DNA of 64,000 nt from Chrysomallon squamiferum (lineage: Eukaryota; Animalia; Mollusca): positions 41,726,001 through 41,790,000 of the forward strand of contig CM022665.1 in assembly GCA_012295275.1 (NCBI GenBank), given 5' to 3'. Of this stretch, positions 45,300 to 59,212 are shown piece by piece. Below the pieces are notes generated by a model, which saw nothing but the letters and a program-made list of their open reading frames with translations, had not been told where the DNA came from and did not search any database. How positions within the stretch are numbered: the stretch's first letter is position 1; each line of letters opens with the position of its first letter. The position numbers and the translations under genes were made by a program.

Positions 45300-45540
45300 T
45301 CATTCTAACTAGTACTTCATGATTCTTTTATCAAAGGTTTGGTATGTGCTACAAATGTCTATGGGAAGGTTCATATAAAAAATTCCTTACTGCTGATGAA
45401 TACCAGAGGTCCACGATGAAAAGTCGATAACAATTTTCCTCTGCCGTAATCATTTTTACAAGTAAAATGTGTGTTGTGATATGTAATACCCATTAGAAAT
45501 GCTTTGAATTGTCATCAAATAATCATTTATTTGTTCATTA
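45300..45540 (+). mobile_element. Decayed SINE body (central conserved domain), same family as 63365-63660
   Basis: TATCAAAGG-TTTGGTATGTGCTA-CAAATGTCTATGGGAAGGTTCATATAAAA-ATTCCTTACTGCT is the approximate reverse complement of ~63475-63545. From memory it resembles the Meta/MESC-type SINE domain; not database-checked. Confidence 0.65.
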
Positions 45541-45964
45541 GTTTAGATTACAGAGGAAAATGATGACAATTACGATTGTAGTGGTCATAATGATGATGAT
45601 GATAAGAAAGAATGAAAGAAAAGACAAAGTAAATTAAAAAGTCTTGACAGTTTATGAATATTAATATGTGTATGTAAAGAAAAAAAGAATACTTCAGTAA
45701 ATGATTTATTTAATAATAATAATAGTGATAATAATAATAATAATAATAGTAACAACAACAACAATAATAATAATAATAATAATAGTAACAACAACAACAA
45801 CAACAACAACAACAATAATAATAATATGATTTATAATGATGATACAACCAGCCACATTTTTATTTATATGTATATATTTTGTTTGTGTATAGTATTTATA
45901 TTTATCTGTCTCTCTGTCCGTCATTTTTTTTCTCTCTCTCTTCTCCATCTCTCTGTCCATCTAT

Positions 45965-46225
45965 ATATATCTACCTACCTACCTACATACCTATCTATAG
46001 TACTTGTTTTTATATCTCTCTATTAATATATCTATATCTATCTATATCTAATCTACTTTTATACATTAATATATCTATATCTAACTACATACATACATAC
46101 CTATCTATAGTACTTGTCTTTATATCTCTCTGTTAATATATTTGTATCTATCTATCTATCTACCTACCTATGAATAGTATTTGTCTTTATATCTCTCTAT
46201 TAATATATCTATCTATTTATCTCTA
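45965..46225. repeat. Degenerate tandem triplication (~85-110 bp)
   Basis: ATAGTACTTGT.TTTATATCTCTCT.TTAATATAT recurs at ~45997, ~46107 and ~46175. Confidence 0.75.
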
Positions 46226-46864
46226 TTAATATATATATATATATATGTATATTTAATGTAACCGCCGTACATACTTACTTACGTACGTACGTACATATTT
46301 ATGCATAAAATACCTTTCACTTATTTGCGTGCTGAGAAAGACACATTTGGCACATTTCATGACATTGACAACTCGGAAACGTCTTATCTGAAATCTAAAT
46401 CTACTTTTCTAAACAAACGTCGAGTTTTTCCATTCTGGGCCCGGACTGGCTGAGAGCGGGAAAGAAAACATTTGAAACTCAACATACCCGCAAAAAATAA
46501 ACACGACAAAGCAAACTCGTTGTTTGTTTTAAAATATCTTTTCATGTTGCCTAACAGCTATAGGAAGTAAGGCACACGACCCCCAAGATGTTTTGGTAAA
46601 GAAATAAACATAGTATCCTGTTGGGAATTACATGGCGCGCAATCGCACGTGCGTCGCACATGGAAAGTTTTTTTTTTTTTTTTTTTTTTTCCTTTTTTTT
46701 TTTTTTTTTTTTTTTTTTTTCAATTAACAAATAAACTAGAAACACTTTTGCCCTCAGTTAATTTCTAAACATAAAATAGCAATCTGTCAGTTATTACTGA
46801 CATTTTTTAACGAGATTATTTATTATATATTAGCTATTATTTATCTATATGGATAAACATAAGC

Positions 46865-46975
<111 letters not shown>

Positions 46976-47022
46976 CATACATATATATACATATATATAT
47001 ATATGTGTGTATATATGCGTGC

Positions 47023-47116
<94 letters not shown>

Positions 47117-47474
47117 CTAATTATCCAGCAGTCACAATAAATAGATGCAAGATCAGAAATATACCTTTTGGGGCGGAACGATTTTTACTTCGACAAATTA
47201 CTTGTTATTATTATTATTATTTGCATGCATATTATCATCATCATCATCATCATTATTATTATTATTATTATTGTTATTATTATTATTATTATTGTTGTTG
47301 TTGTTGTTGTTGTTGTTAGTGGTGGTGTCACTGTCGTTCTTCTTATTGATATTATTACTGCTGTTATTGTTTTGTTCTTGTTGATATTATTATTGTTATT
47401 ATTATTATTATTGTTATTATTATTATTATTGTTATTATTATTATTATTATTAATATTAATATTATTATTATTAA

Positions 47475-47529
<55 letters not shown>

Positions 47530-47878
47530 GTTATTATTATTATTATTATTATTATTCATATCTGGAATGCATCAACAGAATCTGGTCCGCCATCGCGTCC
47601 TGTGTATATCGTACAGGGCCAAGGTTATCAAATCAAATTAAATCCTTTTCCTGTTAACGTGATAATGTAAAACACATTTATTATCTTGTATTTGTAAAGT
47701 CTGCAGCGAAATGAACTGGGACACATTGTCGAACAGGGTCCCTTTGAAGGGATAAATTAATTTTCACCAGATGCGGGGATCCGCTTCGAAAAACACAGAA
47801 ATCCTCCGCGAAGCCTTCGTTTTGGATGTGATATGTATACGGGCCGCATTATGCTAGATGACAATACGAAATAACCTG

Positions 47879-47914
<36 letters not shown>

Positions 47915-48229
47915 TTTCTTCTGCATAATGGCTTGAATATACGTAATTACATTTCTCTTATTTGCCGTCAACAATGCTGCCGTTATAACCGATGTACGTT
48001 TTACTGCGGTCGTTGTGTACATTTCACTGAAGACCGCAGTCTGGATGTCGATTTTATTGCGTTTATGTACATTTCAACGCTATCCGCTACATAACGTTTA
48101 AAAGCCATCCTTAAATACACTTCAATACAATTGTCATGTAGATAAATTTATGTGCTGGCGTTACTTACCACAGGTATCTACAGCACCGCGTCGTGTGTTT
48201 AAAATTTAAATTTGAGCATTTTGCGCTCT

Positions 48230-48830
48230 GCTGTATTGTACAGTGGTGTTCTATACTATACTATACTATACTATACTATACTATACTATACTATACTATA
48301 CTATACTATATTGTACTATTCTATGTTATCTGTACTGTACCGTATTATACTATGGTATACTGTCCTGTACTGTGTTATGATATGTTACACTATACTGTAC
48401 TATGCTGTATTACACTATACTGTACTGTACTATACTATACTATACTATACTATACTATACTATACTATACTATACTATACTATAATATATTATACTATAA
48501 TATAATATAATATAATTTAGTACCATACCAAACCATATTGTACCAAACTATGTTGTAGTAAACTCTACTTTCTATATTATACTGTCCAGAACTAAATTAT
48601 AGTTTTCTATACCATACTATACTATACTAAAGTGTATTATACTATACTACACTGTACAATACTATACTAAACTATACCATACCATACCATACTGTACTAT
48701 ACTTTACAATACTAAGTTATCGTGTATTTCACTTTACTACACTATGCTATACTATAGTACACTCTATTTAAGGTACTGTACTATGTTATATATACTATGC
48801 TATATTATACTGGCTAGATGAATAATATAC
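48230..48830. repeat. Degenerate (TACTA)n/(TACCA)n satellite
   Basis: Same pentamer family as 32570-33000. Confidence 0.9.
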
Positions 48831-48845
48831 TATACGTATGTATGA

Positions 48846-48902
<57 letters not shown>

Positions 48903-49165
48903 GTATGTATATATGTATATATACGTGTATATATATCTATATATGTATATGTATCTATATATGTATGTATGTATCTATATATGTATGTATGCATCTATGC
49001 ATATGTATGTCTGTATGTGTGCATGTATATATTCTCTACGCAGCTAATTATGTACGTATATTTCATGAAACAAACAAAACCAAGGATCACCTTTTCTCTA
49101 CACTGATCACTGAAGTGTTTGAAACAGATCCAGTATGTTGTTGTTTTTGTACAAGACTTTCTTCT

Positions 49166-49200
<35 letters not shown>

Positions 49201-50274
49201 GAAACATACTTTGAAGTGTTACCTCGGCTTCTCTGTGCTGTGTTTATCAAACATCCCGCGTGTGGTGGGCCCGGTCTCTACGTGTAGCTAAACATTTCAG
49301 TGGCTTCCTGAACGAGTCTTGCGTCTTGTCGCTTCACAGTTTTTGTTCTGGCGTTGAAGTTTCAATTTAGTCAGGTATACACATACGTACAGTCGGTGCT
49401 CGGTTTCTGCACGCACGTGTAACCACCTGCAGCTTCGGAAGTCCCAGCCACGTGCAGGCGGAAAGTTCAGGGCGTAGCCCCAAAATGAATACAGGGGTGG
49501 GGGTGGATGCGTGGTTTAAAAAAAAAAAAAAAAAATATATATAAATACAACTACTACTATTACTACTACCGCCACTACTACTACTATTACCACCACTACC
49601 ACTATTAGTACTACTGCTGCTTCTGCTACTATTACTACTATTACTACTACTACGGCTACTACAACCACCATTAGTGCCACTACTACTACTACTACTTCTA
49701 CTACTACTGCTGCTGCTGCTACTACTGCTACTAATAGTGATGACGATAATGATGAAGTTGTTAATCCGAATTTTTGTGTCTCTGTATTTCTGACTTGTAT
49801 TATTTTTTTTACGATCAGGTCTATGTATCTGTTGGATAAATAAACTAGCTGATGTATAGAACTGAAAGCAATATTCATTTTCACTCGCTGTATGACGTCA
49901 CATCTGAACTTTAACGTCACTGCAACAATCAACACTCCTTTAAAAAAAAAAAAAAAAATTAAACCTTAAACCCTCCCCCTTTCCATCGCCCCCATTCGCT
50001 GTCCCACCCACCCACCACCCACTCCCCTAACGGATTCCGCAATGACTGCCAGAAGCAGATGAAAGTGACGTTATCTGTTTCAAAGATGGTCGGCGGGCGC
50101 ACCTCTTGTATATTTCAGCTGGTCAATCCCGATTTCCTGGCCGGTCGCGCGAGGAGTGATCTCACACTGACGTGTCAAAGACGATTCAAGTCTGTTTCCG
50201 CTTCTTTCACTTACCCGTCGTGTATCATAGACTTACATCTGTTAGTTTACCCGTTAGAAAACCGCTAGAGATCA

Positions 50275-51177
50275 ATACTGAACGCCCGTTACATACCGTT
50301 ATTATGTTATTGTAATTAATGCAGTACTGTGGTATAGATGTAATATTAAATGCCCGTTACATATCGTTATTATGTTATTGTAATTAATGCAGTACTGTGG
50401 TATAGACGTAATATTAAATGCCCGCTACATATCGTTATTATTTTATTGTAATTAATGCAGTACTGTGGTATAGATGTAATATAAAATGCCCGTTATATAT
50501 CGTTATTATGTTATTGTAATTAATGCAGTACTGTGGTATAGATGTAATATTAAATGCCCGTTATATATCGTTATTATATTATTACAATTAATGCAGTACT
50601 GTGGTACAGATGTAATATTAAATGCCCGTTACATATCGTTATTATGTTATTGTAATAAATGTAGTACTGTATTATAGATGTAATATTAAATGCCCGTTAT
50701 ATATCGTTATTATGTTATTGTAATTAATGCAGTACTGTGGTATAGATGTAATATTAAATGCCCGCTACATATAGTTATTATGTTATTGTAATTAAAGCAG
50801 TATTGTGGTATAGATGTAATATTAAATGCCCGTTATATATCGTTATTATATTATTGTAATTAATGCAGTACTGTGGTAGAGATGTAATATTAAATGCCCG
50901 CTATATATCGTTATTATTTTATTGTAATTAATGCAGTACTGTGGTATAGATGTAATATTAAATGCCCGCTACATATCGTTATTATGTTATTGTAAATAAT
51001 GCACTACTGTGGTATAGATGTAATATTAAATGCCCGCTATATATCGTTATTATTTTATTGTAATTAATGCAGTACTGTATTATAGATGTAATATTAAATG
51101 CCGGTTACATATCGTTATTATATTATTGTAATTAATGCAGTCCTGTGGTATAGATGTAATATTAAATGCCCGTTATA
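50275..51177. repeat. 68-bp minisatellite, about 13 copies, highly homogeneous
   Basis: The TGCCCG anchor recurs every 68 bp (50351, 50419, 50487, 50555 ... 51167). Unit TTAAATGCCCGTTACATATCGTTATTATGTTATTGTAATTAATGCAGTACTGTGGTATAGATGTAATA. Confidence 0.97.
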
Positions 51178-51852
51178 AATCAGTTATAATAGATTACTGT
51201 TTTATATTAAAGTTACAGTATACAGATCTATTACGCATTAATTATCGTTATTATACTTAATGCAGTTGTTAGATCACTAGTTATATCGCACTTAAAATAT
51301 TAGATTACTCGTTAGTTAAACAATTACTTTACCTCTGTTCATCAGTTACCTCAGTAGATTGTCGTTATGTATTGTTTTATATTAAAGTAGTAGTATTAAT
51401 TTACTCTTTCTGTATTATAGTTTTATCATTACTTTCTATACTATATTAAAAATTGTTTTTATATATCAGTTATATTAAGTTACTATTACATATCAGGGCT
51501 TTAGTATTTAAATACCAGTTATATATAAAACAGTTGTAATATTATATACTTTGTAGTTATAATATTAGATTTACTTCTTACAATATTCGATTATTTGTTA
51601 TATATATATATATTAAATTGTCTTATATTTCAATATCAGATTTACTGCTATAGATTAATGTTTTATTATTTGATATCCCTTTCAATATTAAATATTAAAG
51701 TTATATGTTAAATTATCTGTTAAATATAACAATAAATTACCTGTTTAAAATTACTTAACATTTGTAAAATTAAACTGACTGTTATATTACAGTCATAACA
51801 GATCATCCGGTGTTTGACAATTTCAGTATTAGTTACATGATACGAGAATACA

Positions 51853-51955
<103 letters not shown>

Positions 51956-52362
51956 ACAGACTGAAAAAAAGAAAGAATCAAACTGAGAATAAAACAAATA
52001 AAAAAAAGAGCGATATAACGAGACAAATACACTGATCGAATTTTTAATTAAAAGTAAATAAAACAGTATCAACTAAACAACAACAACAATAACAATAATA
52101 ATAATAAAGAAAATAAATAAGCCAAGTGTCTGTAAACATCTGTGCACATACCACAGACATTAAGTCTGCTGGGCACAAAAAAAACACACGGAAAGTTTCA
52201 AAAGTCCTTCATCTCAAACACAAGAACTTAAATAAAGCAACAAGAAAAATAACTGAACTTGTCTATTAATTCACCTAAATAGGCCTGAACGCACGAGGTG
52301 CCTAGCAATTCAGAAATCTATAATCACTTCACAATTCCCGTCTCTTACTGAAGTATGTTTTA

Positions 52363-52440
<78 letters not shown>

Positions 52441-52998
52441 AAATGAATCAATAAATGTAACGTTATTTTTCTATTAATTCACGTGACCGGTCCAAAACAC
52501 ACGCGATCGGTCGGTGTCTTAGGAGTCAGACGACTTTATATAATTATTTGCCAAACTCTCCATTCACTTTTCGAAATGCGTTTTAAAAAAACGAAAATAA
52601 AAAAAGAGCATCAACAAATGTGACAATGTTTTCGATTAACTCGCGTCATTGGCCCAATACACACGAGGCGTCGAACATTCAGAATGTCATATTTGTCACC
52701 ATAAAGAATTAATTACGTGAAGTTATGCAATCAAACACAAGCCGAACAAAAGCGGAGTTATTTCTTTACAAGACGGCACGGCGAGGTTTTTGGGGTTCCG
52801 CGATGTTAGTTTTGTATTGTGATGCGTTTCGTTTGTTGCGACGATTGTCGCGGTCGTTTTCTTTACGACGTTGTTGTGTCAGTGTGTCACATTTTCTTAA
52901 TATTTGATTTCTTTCTTTCTTTATTTATTTATTATTATTTTGTTATTCTCGGTGACCAATGCTTTTATAACTTTTTATTTATTTTATTTTATTTTTTA

Positions 52999-53029
<31 letters not shown>

Positions 53030-53225
53030 TTTTAATAATAATAATCATAATAATAATTATTATTATTATTTATTATTATTTTTTTTTCGACCTACATTCT
53101 TTTGATAAACTTGAGAAATAACCAACACGAAATTAATTACGTGGTGCAAAAATTTCTTTTAAAATACACGTAGTGTACTGAGCAAGTCAGTTTTTAAAAA
53201 CTTTGTGGAATTAAAAGCAAATTAC

Positions 53226-53279
<54 letters not shown>

Positions 53280-54673
53280 TATATGTATACATTCGAAAGT
53301 CGAGACAGCGAGCGAGAGCTAGAAAAATGGATGAATATAAAAAACGTTTACGAAATCTTTAATACTATATAACGAAAAAGAGAAAAAAATTCCTTTCAAA
53401 TGCATAAATATATTAAAAAAAACACACCCCAAAAACAACTTTTTTTAAATTAAAATGTTTGCATAAATAAAATTTCGTCTTCATTTAATGTTTTATAATT
53501 TTCTTTTTTCAGTCAGTACAAATTTCGCTACATGCCAAATAAATGTGTTAAAAAAAAAAAAAAAAAATCGTTATAGAATTTGACGTATAGTCAAGCCCGT
53601 CCGTCTAAGAAGCAACTTATATATCGACTTTCGAGTAACAGAATTGACAAGCGAGCACACAGCAACAACTACGCTGACATCATGGTCTTGGCAGATGTCA
53701 AAGTATTCGCCAAGATGTCTAATTACACGCTGAGGTATTGTCAAACAGGCTTGCAAGGTGTACAATCAGCGACAAACAAATCAACACATTCAAGAAAATA
53801 TTAGCACAAAAATCAAAGCATAATACCAGTTATTAGTCTATAATTTTAATCAACGCAGACTGCGGTGCTAATCTAATGACCGTTATTATCGACTGCGAAG
53901 ATGTCGTAGAATTTCCTTTCTGGCGGGATCTGTCCATAAAAATTCTGCCATCTTTGATTTTTCTGTGGTATTAATGCTCCACTGTGGTGCTCCGACTTCC
54001 CTTCCTATCATCGCGAGCTAATGATTGTTATTAACCTCTTCAGAAAAGAGACTTCCACCTGAGCACGTGCTTATGTGTTGTCTTTTTTTGCGTTAGCATT
54101 TTTAAAATCTCTTTTCTCGTTCTTTTTATTTTTTTTTAATGTGCTGTGATTTTTATATTTTTCCAAAATACAGAAATCGATAAACAGTTTTTTTTTTTTA
54201 TAATTTGCGCTTGATAGTGCTAGTACGATTGATATTTCAAGTTTAACTGTGGCTTGCAACTGTTGCTAGGTGCAAACTGTATTTACAAAACAACTTCATT
54301 AAAATTCATGCTAAATATAGCGACTGTAGTTTCTTCCTTACGTTTCAGCTTGATCACTCAGAGACCTATGCGCAAACTTTCTAATCTCAGGTAAATGATT
54401 AATATTGTTTTAATGACACCTAAGCTATTTAATAATAGCGATTGTCAGTTCTGTAATGTCAGTCCTTTCAGTAATGTGAAGATGGGAAAGGTAGCCACTG
54501 TGGATGAATGATAACGGTTATTAAATGTCAAACACGTGTTTTGTGTTTCGATAATTTGAAAGAAGAAACCCGAAGGAATATTTTATTGAATATGTTGCTG
54601 TTTATTTATTTTTGATAGAGACTGTTGTGTTCTTAGTAAATGATTTTCACTTACTCCTACTATTCTTCTATTA

Positions 54674-54766
<93 letters not shown>

Positions 54767-54850
54767 TACCGAAGTGTATAACACGATATGTATATAATTT
54801 TGTTGTAATAATGATGTAATTCTAAGTACAGAATCTGCAATTCTTTTAAT

Positions 54851-54894
<44 letters not shown>

Positions 54895-55685
54895 TATTAT
54901 TATTATTATTATTATTACTACTACTACTACTACATGAAGATCTTAAAAGTATATATAACAGAATCCTGATCATATTCGGAAATAATAACTGGCGACAAGT
55001 ATAAAAGTATGAATTTGTTTCTGTAGTAAAAATGATAATAAGCCAAACTTTAATCATGGCTATCACAGACCAGCCGCAATCACATTGAAACCAAAAAAAA
55101 AAAAAAAAAAAAAGTCCCGTTAACCAAATGCACCACTTTTAAACATGGCAATAATTACCGTTAATGAAATACATGTAAAATAATTTTTAATCCGATTAAA
55201 ACTTGTTAAGAAAATCTCTTTAACCATCCGCCTCTTCTTCTTCTTCTTCTTCTACGAAACTAAGGATCAGAAGCCACTGATATGACGTCATAGTTCACTC
55301 CGGCGCACAAAACCCCATCACGTGACGGGCGAAGAGAAGTAACAAATGGGCTTCCCGCCACGGAATCGTTTTAAGTTGGTTCGGTGCTGTTGGGAGCAAT
55401 CTGCGAACTTCGCGTCAGATAGCTGCACGTCCAACACCTCTTTTGAAGTGCTTTTCACCTTGTCTCGTCTCATCTTCGTTGACCATCGCTCCCGGTCATC
55501 GGCGAGGTGGTCAGCGGAAAGACCTCCGGGCTCGCGAAACGAGCGCCACGTGACGAGTGGACGCCACTTTGTAATGGTATATATCACGTGATTACGTCAG
55601 GCTTTCTTTTTGATGGTCGCTTGTGCAGTGGCCATTATCTTGCTCAGAAAGCCGAGACTGAGTCTCAGATGATCACAGGACTCGC

Positions 55686-55771
<86 letters not shown>

Positions 55772-55984
55772 ACGTCGGATGTGATCGTGTGCGACGGTGC
55801 GCATGTGACAGCAGCATCATCTAAACAGACGGAGGCAGGATGCTGATTGGCCGCGACGTGCAGGTTCTTTTCAAAAATGGTTTTCTTTTGATATCTCCTG
55901 CCTCTCTCTCTGTGTTTCTCGTTTCCTCTCTGCGTGCGTCATGTATGTTTTCTGTCTCTGCGTGTTTTGTTTTCTTTTGTGTAG

Positions 55985-56029
<45 letters not shown>

Positions 56030-56174
56030 CTTGCGTGTGTGACTGGTGTTTCAAGGTTCCTTATATTTACAAATAATTTAAACTGTATTTTGTAATTTTT
56101 GAAATCAAACTTGAATCTGTTTGCCGCCTTTATATCTATATCTATATATATATCTATATCTATATCTATATCTG

Positions 56175-56213
<39 letters not shown>

Positions 56214-56743
56214 AAAAGTAAGGAAGAAAGAAAAAGAAAAACAAAACAGAAGAAAAAGAAAGAAAATAAAAAGTGCTAAAATTTATTTTCAGTCTTATAA
56301 AATCTGCAAAGTAAATCAGTAAATATTATTCGATATTTTTCTATTATTTACAGTTTTCATTCTTTAATTTTTTGGTAAGTTAATTTTCTTCATGGCAAGT
56401 GTTTTCTTCACAGCAATAATAAATAAATAAACAAATAAATAAATAAATAAATAAATAAATAAAAACAAAAAAGAAAGAAAACAACAAAAACAACAGCTAA
56501 CAGTGTTTTAGCGCTTAGTTACACATATCAATATTTACACTTCGATTTATGCTTTTTTAATGACTTCTTTTCTTTCTTTCTTCTTCACATATGCAAACAT
56601 TTATCAAAGAACCCATAAAATGAATTATAAATATTGATATCTGTAACCAAACGCTAAAACAATATTGTATGTGTACACTGCTTTTGTCTTTATATCTATA
56701 TATATCTATACGTGGGTTTTATTTTCATAAACATACCTTTATC

Positions 56744-56780
<37 letters not shown>

Positions 56781-56798
56781 GCACATATATACAAACAC

Positions 56799-56851
<53 letters not shown>

Positions 56852-57079
56852 GTGTTTATGAAAATGAAAATGAGTCTTTCTGAATTAAACATGAATTTGA
56901 AAATTTGTTTTATTTTGTAAATATGTCATTATATATAAAATAATAAATTATGCATTCTCTGTTTGTCTGTCAATATTTTCTCTTTCATCAGAAATACTAA
57001 ACTATGGTTTGCATTAAAATTTATATAAGAGATAATAATAAAGTGATTTGATTTGATATTGAATATGTGTTTATTGCTG

Positions 57080-57655
57080 TATCGCATTTCATTGCGAATA
57101 TCAAAATATTGTTTTTGCGTGTCATTATCAATATCAAACCTAACGTCTCCATTTCCTTAATTATAATATCAGCATATATTTTATTTTCTTAGTATTAGAC
57201 GGTTATTTTCGCATTTCGTTATAAGTACTAAAATCTTTTATTCGCATTTCATTATAAGTACTAAAATCTTATATTCGCATTTCATTATAAATATCAAAAT
57301 AGCTTTATTGCATTTTGTTATAAATACCAAATTGTTGTTTTCGCATATTTATATAAATACCAGATTCTTGTTTTCGCATATTTATATAAATACCAGATTC
57401 TTGTTTTCGCATATTTATATAAATACCAGATTCTTGTTTTCGCATATTTATTTATGTACCAAATTCTTGTTTTCGCATTTTTATATAAATACAAAATTCT
57501 TGTTTGCCATTTTTACATAAATACAAAATTCTTGTTTTCGCATTTTTGTATATATTCCAAACTGTTGTTTTCGCAAAATTATATAAATACCAAATTTTTG
57601 TTTTCGCAAAATTATATAAATACAAAATTCTTGTTTTCGCATTTTTATATAATTA
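57080..57655. repeat. 33-bp minisatellite, more degenerate toward the left
   Basis: TCGCAT anchors at 57209, 57242, 57275, 57341, 57374 and onward. Unit ~TCGCATATTTATATAAATACCAGATTCTTGTTT. Confidence 0.9.
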
Positions 57656-57757
57656 CATTGGGATACCGTTAGCGTCTTCAAAAAGATATCTTTCACAGCA
57701 TTTGTCAATAAAACAGGAAAGCATACGTAACAGAAATTATTCGAAACAGAAATTAAT

Positions 57758-57825
57758 GACCTAGTAAGAATCGATCCAGGGGTCCATGGCGTGTTAGGCG
57801 ATCTCTCTAACCACTTCGCGCATTT
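57758..57825 (-). pseudogene. tRNA-Val(AAC)-like relic or SINE head
   Basis: The minus strand reads GCGAAGTGGTTAGAGAGATCGCCTAACACGCCATGGACCCCTGGATCGATTC. It is collinear with metazoan tRNA-Val(AAC) as recalled (GTGTAGTGGTTATCACGTTCGCCTAACACGCGAAAGGTCCCCGGTTCGAAACC), including an exact TCGCCTAACACGC. The acceptor stem is not formed. Confidence 0.6.
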
Positions 57826-58272
57826 TGTTGTATTTATTAATCGAGACCCACGGGACGGTACTAACTTTGAAATCGTGTTTGAACCAACATTAAAAAGGAA
57901 AAAAACTTCAACAGATAAATTTTCTGTTTTGACAGATCTTTAAGGACCTGTCGAAAATATTTAGAAATTTGGACAATAATTTAACTACATAAATGCTACG
58001 TTTGTTGTATGGTTGTTGTGTTGTTGTTTTTTTTTGTTGTTTTTTTGTTAATGGGGGCTGGAGGGGGGAGGGGGAGCAAACCTCTTTTTCTCCTTCTTTA
58101 CTATCTCCAATAAATCTAGCCGAGGTATTGTTCCCCAACAAAGAAGTGTTTATAAGAAAACGTGCCGGCGTTACTTAATACTTGATTACGCTGTACCCAG
58201 TGACGTTGTCGACTTTTAAACGTATTCTCTTACAAAAACGGAAAGTGTCACGTGATGTGCGTTTCGATTGAG

Positions 58273-58330
<58 letters not shown>

Positions 58331-58677
58331 AAAAAAACAGCTACACATCTGCACATGAGGTAGTCATGGCCCTGCACCCGGTGACGTTTAGGGAAAGTCA
58401 TAAAAACGTTATTTCTGCACGACGACGGTGTCAGATTGATTCAAACATCCAACGCGACCTGCAACACGAGCCGGCTTCGCTTTACGAGATCGGCGCAGAC
58501 GGCCTTCGGAGGCGCGGAGATGAAAACGAGTCCTTGGCGGGCTAGTTTGCATACAGAGTGAAAACAACACAGGCAGACAGACGACAGCGATCACAAAACA
58601 ACAGTCCTGCGATAGGTGCGTGTGTGTGTGTGCGTCTTTATGAGACAGAGATAGATAGATAGATAAGTTAGAAACTG

Positions 58678-58767
<90 letters not shown>

Positions 58768-59134
58768 CGAGAAACAGAAATAGATGTACAGATAGACTGA
58801 CAGACATATATATATATATATATATATATAGACAGATAGATGTACAGATAGACAGACAGAAAAATATATATGAGACAGTTTGGGTAACTACAGTAGATGA
58901 GACAGACAGACAGACAAAAGATATAAAGATAGATAGATAGATAGATAGATGGTTGGATAAATAGATAGATGGATGGAGAGAAATAGACAGATATACAGAC
59001 AGACATGTATATATAGATCTATAACTATATATATATACCTATATCTAGATAGATAGATAGATAGATAGATAGATATATATATATAGATATATAGATATAG
59101 ATCTATCTATATATATATATAAAATATACAGAGA

Positions 59135-59212
<78 letters not shown>

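Noticed and set aside
46568-46585. TAAGGCAC resembling the miR-124 5' end
   Set aside because: The match ends after the seed region and no precursor hairpin is evident.
50275-51177. Regular arrays (also 4727-5110 and 57080-57655) as possible CRISPR arrays
   Set aside because: They are head-to-tail tandem units without unique spacers, there are no cas genes, and the context is eukaryotic.
55318-55591. 89-aa and 81-aa ORFs on opposite strands in a GC-rich island
   Set aside because: No recognisable domain or convincing splice sites; the lengths are expected for the local GC content.
57758-57825. Functional tRNA-Val gene
   Set aside because: The acceptor stem does not pair, and the D- and T-arms are mutated (GGATCGATTC), so it is kept only as a relic.
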